Shown: positions 13,019 to 25,449 of the stretch, piece after piece
Position numbering within the stretch: the stretch's first letter is position 1
Layout: each line of letters opens with the position of its first letter
Source: Octopus bimaculoides
Taxonomy: Eukaryota
Assembly: GCF_001194135.2 (NCBI RefSeq)
Contig: NC_068988.1
Span: 48,837,224-48,891,737 of the forward strand
Length of the DNA: 54,514 bases
Direction: 5' to 3'
Program-made: the position numbers and the translations under genes
The notes under the pieces: generated by a model
Told to the model about the DNA's origin: nothing
The model's database searches: none
Seen by the model: only the letters and a program-made list of their open reading frames with translations

Positions 13019-13122
13019 ATATTAAAAATACTGTCTACGCTCGAAGTGTAGATTCCAGAATAGGTGAATAAAATATATGTAAGTAATAAAAAGTTACAGG
13101 TGTCAATTCATTACGGCTGTCG

Positions 13123-13415
13123 CTAACATCGCCTTTAATTTTTTAATGAGATCGTTGCATCATTGCAAAAAAAACCGTTTCTGTCAGATGAATTCATGAC
13201 CTTCAAGCATAAAGGACAGTTCAACTTATTCAACATAGTTAACAAATTCTCGGAGTGAAGATATTTACATTGATCTTGCTACCATTCTGTTAGCAGAATG
13301 AACTTATCAGAATAGTTATATTTGGTCAGAACAAAGAAGAATTTAGGGATTATTAGACTTTATAGTAAAGGGAGGAGATAATTAATCCAAGTGATCCACT
13401 TAGCTAAACTTCTAA
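13123..13415 (+). repeat. Left arm of a diverged inverted repeat of about 290 bp
   Basis: Aligns to the reverse complement of 15234-15510; shared blocks include ctaccattctgtt.gcagaatgaacttatcagaatag and tttggtcagaacaaagaagaatttag. Confidence 0.92.
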
Positions 13416-15510
13416 TAATAATGTTCATAGCATTAGAAGCAGTAAATAATAAATACCTACTACTGTCTCTTTGAGGACATAAGTTACACATTGTGCTCTA
13501 TCATTCATTGCTTACTCTCTGTAATATTATAACCTGTTCAGTAGTGTGATTTCGTGACCCTATGCACCTTTGATCCTTTATGCATAACTGTCTTCTTTAT
13601 ATAACTAACCATGTTGTATGGATAACTTGTTCTCCACTCTATTCGTTTCTACCTTACATATTGTAACTACTCTATCTGAATAGGTATTCAACGTATAGTT
13701 AATCTCTTAACTTTACCTAGTATACTGCGTTTATAACTCCATTGAAACTCTATATAGCAACTAATATAACCCCCTCACCCGAGAATTAGCACTGCTTCAT
13801 TAATTTATTATTAATTCTTAATTTGATATTTGTTTTCCTCTTCCTAATTTTATCTCACTTCCGTTATAGTTTATTATTTATTGAATCATGGTAACCCATC
13901 GTAAATTTTTGGCAATTTTTTGACGCTTTTTAAATACAAGATTTCAAAATATTCTTTTTAACATATCGGCAATCACATTGTTACTTACCTTTAATAATAC
14001 TTATATAATTAACTAGATCTAATTAATTCCTTAAGTAAATCATACTTATCACACTATCTCGTGATTTGACCTTATATAACCTTTGAGTTGAAAGGATTAT
14101 ACTATTACTTAAATTAGGAAATAATTATGTATAACCTAAAATGTTATAACCCAGAAAATTTACACCTTATTAATTATTATAATATGTATCTAACAAAACC
14201 TAAATCAATTCCTTTCATATATGATGATAAAAAAAAAATGTTTTTATCTTTGCTACTGGTGTTTTTTTTTATATTTCGCACCTTCTCTAAGTACAAAATA
14301 TATCCTTCTGAGATCTATTATTCCTTATTTTTATCTTTATATTTTTTTTTATTGTGTACCTTACAAACATTTGTAAAACCCTTTTTCACTTTTAGCTTTA
14401 TTTACATCAAATTTTGGTATATCTATTTTTATCTTTATCTCTTCATTTAGAATAAAGATTTTGTTATAATTTTTTCTATACATATATATTTATAATTCTT
14501 TATATATTTTTATATTAATTTAATTTTTTTAATTTTTCTATATTTTTTTATATTTTTATATTCTTTTATTTTTTACGTTTATATTTTTTATACTTTTATA
14601 TATTTTGTATTCTTTACATTTTCTATATATTCTTTTAAATATTTTCTTATATATCCTTTGCATGTTTCTTTAAAGATATGTATTTACAGTTTATATTTTA
14701 TATACTTTGTCGTATATTTTATGTTTATATTCTTATATTTTAAATACATTATATTGCTTATTAGCTTATGAGACTAGATTCTAAATTTTTATATCTAATA
14801 CACTTCTTTATATGTTTTAAATGATATTTTGTTCACCTAATGATTTTAGATATAATTTATTCGTAACCTATATATCTAATTTCTAAATTCATTTTAATGC
14901 TAGCCCCTCCTTTTTTCTATTGTGGCTTGATTATTTATTTTAGAATTTTATTCCATTATTTCCCAAGGTCTTTAATACGGTAATGAATCTAGGAAAATTC
15001 AGCTTCCTCTATCTTACTTCTCATTATCTTCCGCTCCCCAATCACCCACTCCATTATTACTACCCTATGCCTTGCCCATTTTGCGAAGATAGAGCCGATA
15101 TATCGTCCCATCACTTTTGATACTTTAGTAGGCTGGTCTGGCATTAATTGCTTCTCTCACCGCTGACCAGTACGCATAAACAACTTACTTGAGATACAAA
15201 GCTAGACGACCGGAGCCGATCCCTCCTCTGTCTTTAGAAGTTGAGATAACTGAGTCATTTGGGTCAATTATCTCCTCCCCCTACTATAAACTCTAATAAT
15301 CTCTAAATTCTTCTTTGTTCTGACCAAATATATACTATTCTGATAAGTTCATTCTGCCAACAGAATGGTAGCAGGAACAATGTAAATATTTTTATTCCGT
15401 GAATTTGTTAAGTAGGTTGACTATGCTAAACTGTCCTTTATGTTTGAAGATCAAGAATTCATCTGACGGAAACGGTTTCTTTGCAATTAATCAATTAAAG
15501 GAGGCGTTAG
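13416..15510 (-). mobile_element. Heavily decayed coding remnant, tentatively the 3' half of an L1/Tx1-like ORF2
   Basis: Minus strand reads NKFTE*KYLHCSCYHSVGRMNL (cf. W...LS..GR..L) and VISTSKDRGGIGSGRLALYLK (cf. P...GGLG...L..Y). Many stops; the middle is extremely A-rich on this strand. Confidence 0.33.
15234..15510 (-). repeat. Right arm of the diverged inverted repeat
   Basis: Reverse complement aligns to 13123-13415. Confidence 0.92.
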
Positions 15511-15534
15511 AGATGTATCTCTCATAGCTTTAAC

Positions 15535-15690
15535 CTTTACTTGTATTAGCCATTGGGCTGCGCTGATGCTGAGTAACCGCTCTAAGTGCTTTAGTCGAAC
15601 GAATTACCCCTGTTACTTGATTTTTAAGCCTGGTAATTATTCTATCGTAGTTATTTGGCCGAATTGCAAGGCTACAGCGATGTAAATAAA
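15535..15690 (-). mobile_element. SINE 3' part
   Basis: Reverse complement accaggcttaaaaatcaagtaacaggggtaattcgttcgact...cagcatcagcgcagcc...acaagtaaag matches the tail at 20130-20241. Confidence 0.6.
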
Positions 15691-17050
15691 CCCGTACCTG
15701 TTGTCAAGCGGTAGTGGTGGCAAACACAAATATACACATACAAAAACACATACACTCACATGCTCACACACATATACATGTGCATACACATAGTGACACA
15801 CACACACACGCACACATATATGTATGTCTGTCTCCTGTCAAAGCTTGTTTCTCCAGCGTTCACGTCCCCACCTCGCCATAGCTTAACAGCCCTTACCGTT
15901 TTCACTGTCCTGTTTTGTTATCAACTTTGACCCTCCGGAAATCTCAAATTTTATGTAATTTGCTTTCTGGGAGCAACTATTTTGATGAAGGCACATCATG
16001 TAAATGCTCGAAATGTGGAGTAGATAAAACAGCCGACAACTAATGAAGGGTTGTTCTTAATGCTGCTTGTCTTGTTTTCCATTGGTTACTTTCGTTGTTC
16101 ACAAAAAAAGTTCATATTCCGTGTTTTCACATATCACACGAAAGAAGTACTATTACTTTCATGCTTTTATGATACCTCATCGAGGCATATTCATAAAATA
16201 CCTCACATATCACCAAGCAATCTTTCAGGTTCTGTTTATACGTTATATATATTTTAAGTAGAACGACGCTTGACAGAGACAAAATAAGAAAAACGTTAAA
16301 AAATCTGAAGGTTACTGCAAAAAATGGAACGAGAATAAAGAAAAGTACACACACACACACATATATATACATACACATATATATATATATATACACATAC
16401 CTATATATATATATACACACATATATACACACACATATATATATANNNNNNNNNNTATATATATATATACAAATATATTTACATATTGCATAAAAATGCA
16501 GAATACTATAAAGAAAATTCATTATTCAGTTTTCTTCAATCAGATCCACTCACAAGGTTGTAATTGTCCCGGAACCAAGTGGTTAAAAAGAAAACTTTTA
16601 CCACGCAGACACGCGTACAGATTCATTCATGAGCACTCTGTATGTGTGTGTGTGAGTAAGTATCGTGCGCGCGCATGATTGTATCTGTGTTTGTGTATAA
16701 TACATTTGAAAGACGTATTTGGTAACTTCGAAGTTTCGTCCTGCTAATATTTATCGGACAAACCTTGCTACGTGGTAGATGTTGCTAACAACAACACACT
16801 GTATCGAAATCGTCTAATAATGATATCACGACTCCTAAAATTATCAAATATATGAAAGATATCATTGGCTTTATCTACAAGATACCCATAACATTATTAG
16901 CTACGTCAACACAAAATAATGTTACCCACATTATTAACATTATCAAAATTATCAACATGATTACTATCATTACTACGTACTACGTACATTATAACTGTTA
17001 TAAGCTACATTCTTTCTACTCATAGTTTTACTGGTAACAATATTATTGAT

Positions 17051-17270
17051 ACGGTGAACTGGCAGAAATGTTAGTACAGAAACGTTAGCACAACGGGCAA
17101 AATGCTTTGCGCAATTTCGTGTCTTTACGTTCTGAGTAATGCCGGACAAGTTCGATTTCGCCTTTCATTGCTTTTGGGTCGATAAAGTAAGTACGACTTG
17201 AACGCTGGTGTCGATGTAATTTACTGACACCCAACCCTGAACTTGCTAGTCTGGTACCAAAATTTGAAAT
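17051..17270 (+). mobile_element. tRNA-derived SINE, diverged
   Basis: Homologous to 1897-2103; head has a small duplication (gcagaaatgttagtacagaaacgttagcac). Confidence 0.82.
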
Positions 17271-18101
17271 AAATATCATTTATATTATGAACAACATGTA
17301 ATTTCTCAACGCTAACAATAGTAGCACAACTTAAAACTACATTCATTATCATGCGTTATTTAAACAATATTTTTTCAATATTTTTTAAACAATAAAAAAA
17401 TATGTTCAATAACAACACTATCAATACTAATATCGTTGTATCATATTAACATTATCTACTCTATAAACAACTACATGAACATTATAACTGCATATGTTGC
17501 TATTGAAATTATCAACATGACCTGTGCATTGCACCATCAATATTATCAAAATTATCAATTTCCTCAACAATGTCTACTATATAATTGCAGTCCAATTCCA
17601 TCATATTTATCAACGTTATCCCACACTAACAACAGTAAACAAGATTATTAAACAATATTAATGCTTTCAATTCGCTTACCAGGAAAAACGAAAGTGATTG
17701 TGTATTTTAAAACTTATTGACGATTTTTGTGACTGTTTTTCTTTCTGCTGCTGTCTTTTTTTTTTGTTTTGTTTTTTTTCATTTTGGCTAACAATGTAGT
17801 TTTTCGTTTCTGATGTGTTGTCCACTTTCTATTATTTTCAGGTCAGTCAACTGGAATGCCTCTCCATTATCCCCTTTATTCCCCACCCCCACAAAAATGG
17901 ACTCTTTTACCTTCCAATACCAACTCTTCAATGTATCGTGTCTATATATATTTATATAAACACACACACACACATATATATACACACACACATGTATATA
18001 CGCACACACGCACGTGCATATATAGATATACATGCATATACATAGTACATACATACACAAACATAGATATACTTACATATCATAAAACAAATCTGAATAT
18101 T

Positions 18102-18145
<44 letters not shown>

Positions 18146-18178
18146 NNNNNNNNNNNNNNNNNNNNNNNNNNNNNNNNN

Positions 18179-18260
<82 letters not shown>

Positions 18261-18632
18261 GATATATAGAAATTTATACATACATATATATACACATATA
18301 CGCACATGTATTTGTGCAGAGTCTAAAAAAGTGCCTCCTTGAGAAAAACCCTTCAGGTTTATATGACTTACAAGGAGTATATATGCTTTGTAGGAAAGGC
18401 CAAATTTTGACATTTTGACCTACTTAACTATTTTGCCCTTTTAATAGCTGTTTTTGTTTCCGTTTGTTGCAAAAACCTTAAGCGTTTTTGCTTGTTTCTT
18501 TATTTGTGTTTATATTTCATTAATTTGGTTCTCTTAGTGGTTTTTATGTATTCTTCATTCATCTTCCTATGCATATAAGAGCGAAGGAGAGAAAATGATG
18601 AGTGCCAAACTAAACTATTTTTGGTGCTTAGA

Positions 18633-18850
18633 TGTGGAGCGGAGTAAGCAGTATTTCGTGACACGAGTTCAAATCTTACCTTTTTGAAATTTGCCTCTCA
18701 TTATTCTCGGGTGAGTGCAATCATAAAACAGCAGTATTTTTTGCTGAAGTCGTCTGGATTTCCTATTGCTTCCCTACGACTGACTACTAGAGTCAAATCT
18801 CACATACGTATGTCAATATAGTTTCGGGCCTCGTGCCTAGAATAGAAAAG
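18633..18850 (+). mobile_element. Degenerate SINE
   Basis: B-box-like gagttcaaatc and tail gggcctcgtgcctagaatagaaaag shared with 19631-19809. Confidence 0.55.
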
Positions 18851-19630
18851 AATATAGTTACATAAAGTGAACTACTGACTGCTCCGACTTCATTTTTAAA
18901 TATTGTTATTATTGTTGTTTAACTGTGGGTTATTAGTTATCAAAACCACCTATTGTAAACGCTTTTCGGCAGTGAACACTAGATTACTATGTGCACCGTC
19001 GTCCAATGAGTTACTTCTTTTAATTTTAACACAGTAGATTTTGACGATTTAAAGAGACTTTGACTACTATTTCTAACACGTCATGTAACACTAATAGAAG
19101 CATTCGTTGTTTCGTCCCGGATTTGGTATTTTCGATGAATAGTGGATGTCTACAATGTAGATATGAGTTCTGAATGCCAAATTGAAATATGTTCATATGA
19201 CTTGCATCAGTTGACACCGTTAACAACGGCTTATTTTCCGCCTCCATTTCGGCAAATTCACAACAAACTACACAAAGAAACGAATATACATTTTACAGCA
19301 GAAAAAAAAAAAAGATAATTAGTGTTCATTTCTTTTTATTTTTTTCCTTCATCCAGATTCTTGGGAAAAGGTCAAGTTTTTGTGAGTTTGCTGAACTGTT
19401 AATTTCATTTTCTTTCTTTCCAATTATTAACAGAAAAAAATACAAGAAACTATATTTCGATGTCTAATCTGCTATACCAAGCCCCCTGTCTGGTTCTAGT
19501 GTATATGACCTCCATGACGCATTCCGCTGCAATATAATATAATGTTATTTTAAACGTTTAAGTTTTGCGTCAGTATATATACGAAAAGCTTTAGTTGCTG
19601 AGTCATATATACAGAAAGAAATGAGGGAAG

Positions 19631-19809
19631 ACAGCGAACTAGCAGAAACGCTAAGCACGCCGGGCGAATGATTAGCGTTATTTCGTCTGTCTTTACGTTC
19701 GGAGTTCAAATTCCACCGAAGTCGACTTTGCCTTTCAGTTACGTACTAGGGTCGATCTAACCGACTGGCTCCCAACGCAAAAAAGGGCCTTGTTCCTACA
19801 ATAGAAAAG
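19631..19809 (+). mobile_element. tRNA-derived SINE with internal deletion
   Basis: B-box GAGTTCAAATTCC at 19702, gtcgactttgcctttca body, tail gggccttgttcctacaatagaaaag. Confidence 0.85.
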
Positions 19810-20079
19810 AGAGCAATGAGGGAACATATTGTTTGAGTATCATTAAGTGTGTCTACTGTAACTATTGTTTTATACTTAGCATCATTTCCTTCTTTGTAAG
19901 TAGCCCAAATGTTACAGAGCGTACCTTAATCAATGAATGACAAAGTAATCCAACTTATTTTTTACAGGGTGAGGTCTACTATTTAGGGCATTTATATTTG
20001 AGATCTAAAGCACTGTCTTAAAAAGTATCAAAACAATTCACAGCATCGTAAGAAGGTACATTTGCAAAAGGATAGAAAA

Positions 20080-20241
20080 AATATACCTGGGGCAGTGGTA
20101 TCTAAATAGGCGCAGGTTCAGCAAAAGGGTCCGATATAGTAAGTACCAGGCTTTACAAAGAACAAGTCCTGCAGTTGATTTCTTCGAATATCAGCGGTGC
20201 TCCAGCATGACCGTAGTCAGGTGATTGAAACAAATAAAGAA
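20080..20241 (+). mobile_element. SINE 3' part
   Basis: agtaccaggctttacaaagaacaagtcc...gcggtgctccagcatgaccgtagtc...gaaacaaataaaga; same tail at 50970 and 15535. Confidence 0.65.
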
Positions 20242-20959
20242 TATGTATATATATTAGTTTGAAAGAAACAAGTTCAAAAGTCAATATTACGCCTCCATCA
20301 AAACCGACACATATCTTAACATAGAGGGCGTATTTAAGCCGTTATAAGCATGCGAACACTTAACATAAAAAAACATATATATATNNNNNNNNNNNNNNNN
20401 NNNNNNNNNNNNNNNNNNNNNNNNNNNNNNNNNNNNNNNNNNNNNNNNNNNNNNNNNNNNNNNNNNNNNNNNNNNNNNNNNNNNNNNNNNNNNNNNNNNN
20501 NNNNNNNNNNNNNNNNNNNNNNNNNNNNNNNNNNNNNNNNNNNNNNNNNNNNNNNNNNNNNNNNNNNNNNNNNNNNNNNNNNNNNNNNNNNNNNNNNNNN
20601 NNNNNNNNNNNNNNNNNNNNNNNNNNNNNNNNNNNNNNNNNNNNNNNNNNNNNNNNNNNNNNNNNNNNNNNNNNNNNNNNNNNNNNNNNNNNNNNNNNNN
20701 NNNNNNNNNNNNNNNNNNNNNNNNNNNNNNNNNNNNNNNNNNNNNNNNNNNNNNNNNNNNNNNNNNNNNNNNNNNNNNNNNNNNNNNNNNNNNNNNNNNN
20801 NNNNNNNNNNNNNNNNNNNNNNNNNNNNNNNNNNNNNNNNNNNNNNNNNNNNNNNNNNNNNNNNNNNNNNNNNNNNNNNNNNNNNNNNNNNNNNNNNNNN
20901 NNNNNNNNNNNNNNNNNNNNNNNNNNNNNNNNNNNNNNNNNNNNNNNNNNNNNNNNTAC

Positions 20960-21558
20960 TTGTATGCTGTCAATTTAATGTGATAGTCCCATGAAGGGAA
21001 TAATACTACTGCTTTTTAGCCCTAGGAAGCAGCAACGCTTCTTGTCGTCCTTGACACATTTCCTGTGTCCTTATGTTTAGAAGGGGGAGACAAGTACCTC
21101 CATTTAGCTAAGCCTGCATCCAGAGACATGTTTCTGAGTCTTTTCTCGTCATCAGTCTGGAGTAGCAATGGCCTGCTAGTTGGAGATGCCTGTCAAGCTC
21201 TCGTAAACATATAATAATTCTAGTGAAACACATTCACTAATTTCAAAAATAAAAATAATACATTTCTAAATCTCTCAGAGAAGATTTATGCATGATGACG
21301 AGCAAAGACTCAGAAAGATGTCTCTGGATGCAGGCTTAGCTAAGTAGATGTACTTGTCTCCCCTTGTAAACATAAGGGCACAGGAAATGGGTCAAGGCCG
21401 ACAGGAAGCGGTGCTGTTTCCCAAGGCTAAATAGCAGTAATATTATTCCCTTCATGGGACTGTCACATTAAGTTGACAGCATACAACTACTTTATCGCAT
21501 CACTACTGAATAAATCGCCTCTGAGAGATTTAGAAACATATCATTTCTATTTTTGAAA
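20960..21558. mobile_element. Interleaved inverted repeats (A-B-A'-B') carrying a hammerhead motif: PLE pseudo-LTR or retrozyme-like unit
   Basis: A 20960-21154 is the inverse of A' 21293-21486; B 21240-21289 is the inverse of B' 21510-21558. Confidence 0.75.
21119..21161 (-). ncRNA. Minimal type I hammerhead ribozyme motif
   Basis: Minus strand TCCAGA-CTGATGA-C-GAG-aaaaga-CTC-A-GAAA-CAT-GTC-TCTGGA: 6-bp stem I, complete core, 3-bp stem II, very short stem III containing the palindrome CATG, GUC cleavage triplet. Confidence 0.75.
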
Positions 21559-22282
21559 AAGTTAATTATCAATGCAAACCGCTAGATTGTAACATTAGTT
21601 AATAGTTTGATGTCTAAGAACTCTGTACCTCTTAGTTTATGAATAAATGTCATTAGTTCGATTCCAGCCTTGTACACAAGCAGGGTGGAAAAAAAGAACA
21701 CCTAACGATAAATTGACGTACATGTTTTGTAGATGTTAGTCTCTTTAGCNNNNNNNNNNNNNNNNNNNNNNNNNNNNNNNNNNNNNNNNNNNNNNNNNNN
21801 NNNNNNNNNNNNNNNNNNNNNNNNNNNNNNNNNNNNNNNNNNNNNNNNNNNNNNNNNNNNNNNNNNNNNNNNNNNNNNNNNNNNNNNNNNNNNNNNNNNN
21901 NNNNNNNNNNNNNNNNNNNNNNNNNNNNNNNNNNNNNNNNNNNNNNNNNNNNNNNNNNNNNNNNNNNNNNNNNNNNNNNNNNNNNNNNNNNNNNNNNNNN
22001 NNNNNNNNNNNNNNNNNNNNNNNNNNNNNNNNNNNNNNNNNNNNNNNNNNNNNNNNNNNNNNNNNNNNNNNNNNNNNNNNNNNNNNNNNNNNNNNNNNNN
22101 NNNNNNNNNNNNNNNNNNNNNNNNNNNNNNNNNNNNNNNNNNNNNNNNNNNNNNNNNNNNNNNNNNNNNNNTGTTTCCGTTAATTCTGTGAATATTACGT
22201 ATATATTACAAGAAGGCAGTATGTGCTCGAGATGGGAGAATAAACTAAAGAGAAAAAGCTAAAAGAACGAATAAAAAAATAG

Positions 22283-22502
22283 AGGGAGAGGAGGAGAAGG
22301 AGAAGGAGGACGAGGAGAAGGAGGAGGAGGAAGAGGAGAAGGAGGAGAAGGAGGAGGAGAAGAAGAAGAAGAAGAAGAAGAAGAAGAAGCAGAGGAAGAA
22401 GAAGAAGAAGAAGAAGAAGAAGAAGAAGAAGAAGAAGAAGAAGAAGAAGAAGAAGAAGAAGAATCTGACAGAGACTGTAAAAACAGAAGAGAGTATTAAA
22501 TG

Positions 22503-22558
<56 letters not shown>
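22283..22558. repeat. (GAG)n/(GAA)n purine tract followed by (GATA)n
   Basis: Directly visible. Confidence 0.96.
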
Positions 22559-22559
<1 letters not shown>

Positions 22560-22619
22560 TTGTAGGGGAAGAGAGATAGCGTGTGTATAGATGTGATAAT
22601 AATGATCGTTATTTTTCCT

Positions 22620-24150
22620 CGTAACTTAGGTCAGCCATTTGTACGAAATTTTTACAGGGAAATGAATGCGCAGCAATACTTAACAGATACTAATTTTATT
22701 GACTCCATGTATATGAGCATAAAGCAAGCTCTAGAGGATTTTTAATTCAGAATATTTAGTTTTTATGGTTTAGTCACTGCCTGGAAGTCAATGCCCACAG
22801 TTTTTGCTCAAATATGTGTGGTGGAGAAACAGCGAGGAACTACGAATTATCCGGTTTCTGCTGTTATGAAACAGCACATAAAATTATCGAGTTATCATCA
22901 AACCAGAGACCTATTCCGAAAGTTTTCACAGAGTGGAACGAAGGAAGGAATGGGTTAAGGATAGTATATACTGTACGGTTTTCAATGAGAGATCAACTGT
23001 TTTTGTCATTCCACTGAAGTTATTATCGTAATAAAGATGTCTAAACTTGACACAAAGCCATAAATGTATTAGAGAAGTGGTATGATCAGTGGCCTACATA
23101 AAGTCGCTGGTAATATTGTTAGAAGGCTTTTATTGATGCTATGTCCTTCACGTTTTCTACTTCTTACGGATCATATCTCCTCGCTATTTCCTCACTAATT
23201 TGCAGTGAGATTATCCCGAAATAGACCAATAAATCCTATAAGTTTTCCATCAGTTCTTTCGTGGCTCGAAGAACTGTGCGACTCAGTGTCATGCTGAGTG
23301 TGGTGTAATCATTTTCATTCATTTTCTAGCCATTCCTTTGCAGTATATTTTCTTAATGCTTTACCAGTCTCCTTTCATTTTCTTGCCTCAAACCTGTCTC
23401 CAGAAGCTTGCTCTAGCTACTAGTCATCTATCTTCTTTTTACCGGCAAGAATCTACAGGTAACGCTACTGGTTATGACCAAAAGAGGGCATCTGCTGTTT
23501 TCCTATGCAGCTCTTTTTGGAGAAAAGAATGACGTGATCCCTTTCAATTTTTTCGGAGTCGCATTTGTAGGTGTTCTAGAAACAGCAAAATGTATTACTT
23601 GCTACTATTTATGTCCCTATTTTCCTTGAGCAGACAACTCTCAAAACCTATCACTTCTGCATATGTATCATCTGTTTCTTTTCTCTGTGTCATGAATGAC
23701 CAGTCATAAATCCTTTCTCTCAGCATGCACTCAAGTGCACGACTTTGGCAATATTTTGCAGTACTGGTGGCGTTCATGAAGACTGTACAAAATCACGTCG
23801 CCAAAAATTTTGTCCGTTCTGAACATTTGTTCACATCTTTCTCCGAAAGTGATATCTAATTAGTGATCATCCTCATCATCCCTGATTTATTAACTCTGTA
23901 ACTCGTGTTTCGTCCTTCTAAACACCATTGACACATTACATGGACTTGTGTATCCAGACTCACGTAGCCAGTCTCTTCGCTCATTTCGTACTACACCATA
24001 TATTAGTGAGGAATGCACCAAATTATTCTCAGGGTGACACAAGGAAACCCTATAAACATTGCTAAATCTCAGCTGGGTTATTTTCTTGATTTCTCTTATC
24101 AGTTTACCAGTTTGGCATGTGTGGATAGAAAAGTATGTTTCTGTCGCAAA
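22620..24150 (-). mobile_element. Possible very old non-LTR retrotransposon ORF2 remnant
   Basis: Non-repetitive, mid-GC, semi-open minus-strand frames with weak RT-like fragments (DLCRPLIIPLL; AKTVGIDFQAV). No decisive motif. Confidence 0.28.
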
Positions 24151-24164
24151 AAGCCTTAAGCAGT

Positions 24165-24360
24165 GTACTGGCAGGGTCGTTAGAGCTCTGATAAAATGTA
24201 TCGCCACTACACTCTGAGTTCAAATATAGCTGACACAAACTCTTTCTTATCTCTTTCCGGCTTCGTTGAAAAAAAGTACTGATCTAGAACGGTAAACTGG
24301 TAGAACCGTAAAACATAAGCATTGCGCTGTTTCGGATCTTTACGTTCTGAGTTCAATACC
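24165..24360 (+). mobile_element. Two adjacent degenerate SINE heads
   Basis: actggcagggtcgttagagc...ctctgagttcaaat and ggtaaactggtagaaccgta...tacgttctgagttcaa. Confidence 0.55.
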
Positions 24361-24903
24361 ACTATAGCCTACTTGACTTGTAGATTTAGTTCGTCGCCCG
24401 TTCATTCTGTTGCAGACATTCAAGACTGGTTCCCAGCTTGAAGAAAACTGACATTAAAATTCACTGCAATCTCTTTGTCCACAGCCACGGAGGCTCTGCT
24501 GTCACTTTTGTCTAAAATTTTGAAAACTATTTGGATATGTCAGTGTATGTAATGTTGTTTTTCCTCTTTATTTATTTATTTATTCATTTATTTATTTGGT
24601 AAGTGAATCGCCAAGACCATTCCCAACATTATGAATCTCTAAAAAATTATCAATGTTTCCTCCTTCCAAGTGCATCTGTATTGCTGTAAAACGTTTCCAT
24701 TAATGTCTGTTTCACTTTGGTGGAATTACTTTCATCTTAAATATCGCTGTTTTTGTTGAAGTTCTGTACCACCATTTTGATTTGGTGTGATGTTTTCAAA
24801 CTAGAAAATGTTTCCAAAGAGCATTATTTCCGGTAGGATACATTTTGGATACACAACTCAGTCGAAACTAGTTAAAATCCAGTATTAAAGAGATCAGTAG
24901 CAA

Positions 24904-24918
24904 GCAACAACAACAAAA

Positions 24919-24959
<41 letters not shown>

Positions 24960-24985
24960 ACTTATACTAATAATAACAATAATTT
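24904..24985. repeat. (CAA)n/(CTA)n microsatellite
   Basis: Directly visible. Confidence 0.93.
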
Positions 24986-25449
24986 ATTAGTGGCATGCGT
25001 CCAAAACTTTGGGAACAGTCCAAAACGCAAAAACAGTAAGGGATTTATTTTGAGTAAAAATGAAATATGAAACCATCATTAATAATAAATTATCAGAAAA
25101 ATATAAATAACAATAAAGAAAAGCAAAATAAAGTGTGTCGACATTAACCTGACACCAAATCTAAGTGACCACTCATACTTCTGATCTCTATCACACAACC
25201 TCAAAATTTAGAATAAATCCAATTACTCACAGTTTTACTACCCTCACCTAGACTTCATCAAGTTTACAAGAGGAAATTTTATTTATCCCTGTACACGCGC
25301 ATTCGGATTTAATTGTTATTTAAACTTGATTCAGGTTTACCTTGTAGGAAGCACTCTGACCTTGTCTCCAGGTATTTAATTACGTCTAAAAATAAGTCAT
25401 TTTTCTGCATGACACTAAAAAGACGAAGCCAGTGATGGTAGTATTGAAG

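Noticed and set aside
14100-14900. Mitochondrial insertion (control-region-like AT tract)
   Set aside because: No recognisable mitochondrial gene or tRNA; the mitochondrial code does not remove the TAA/TAG stops.
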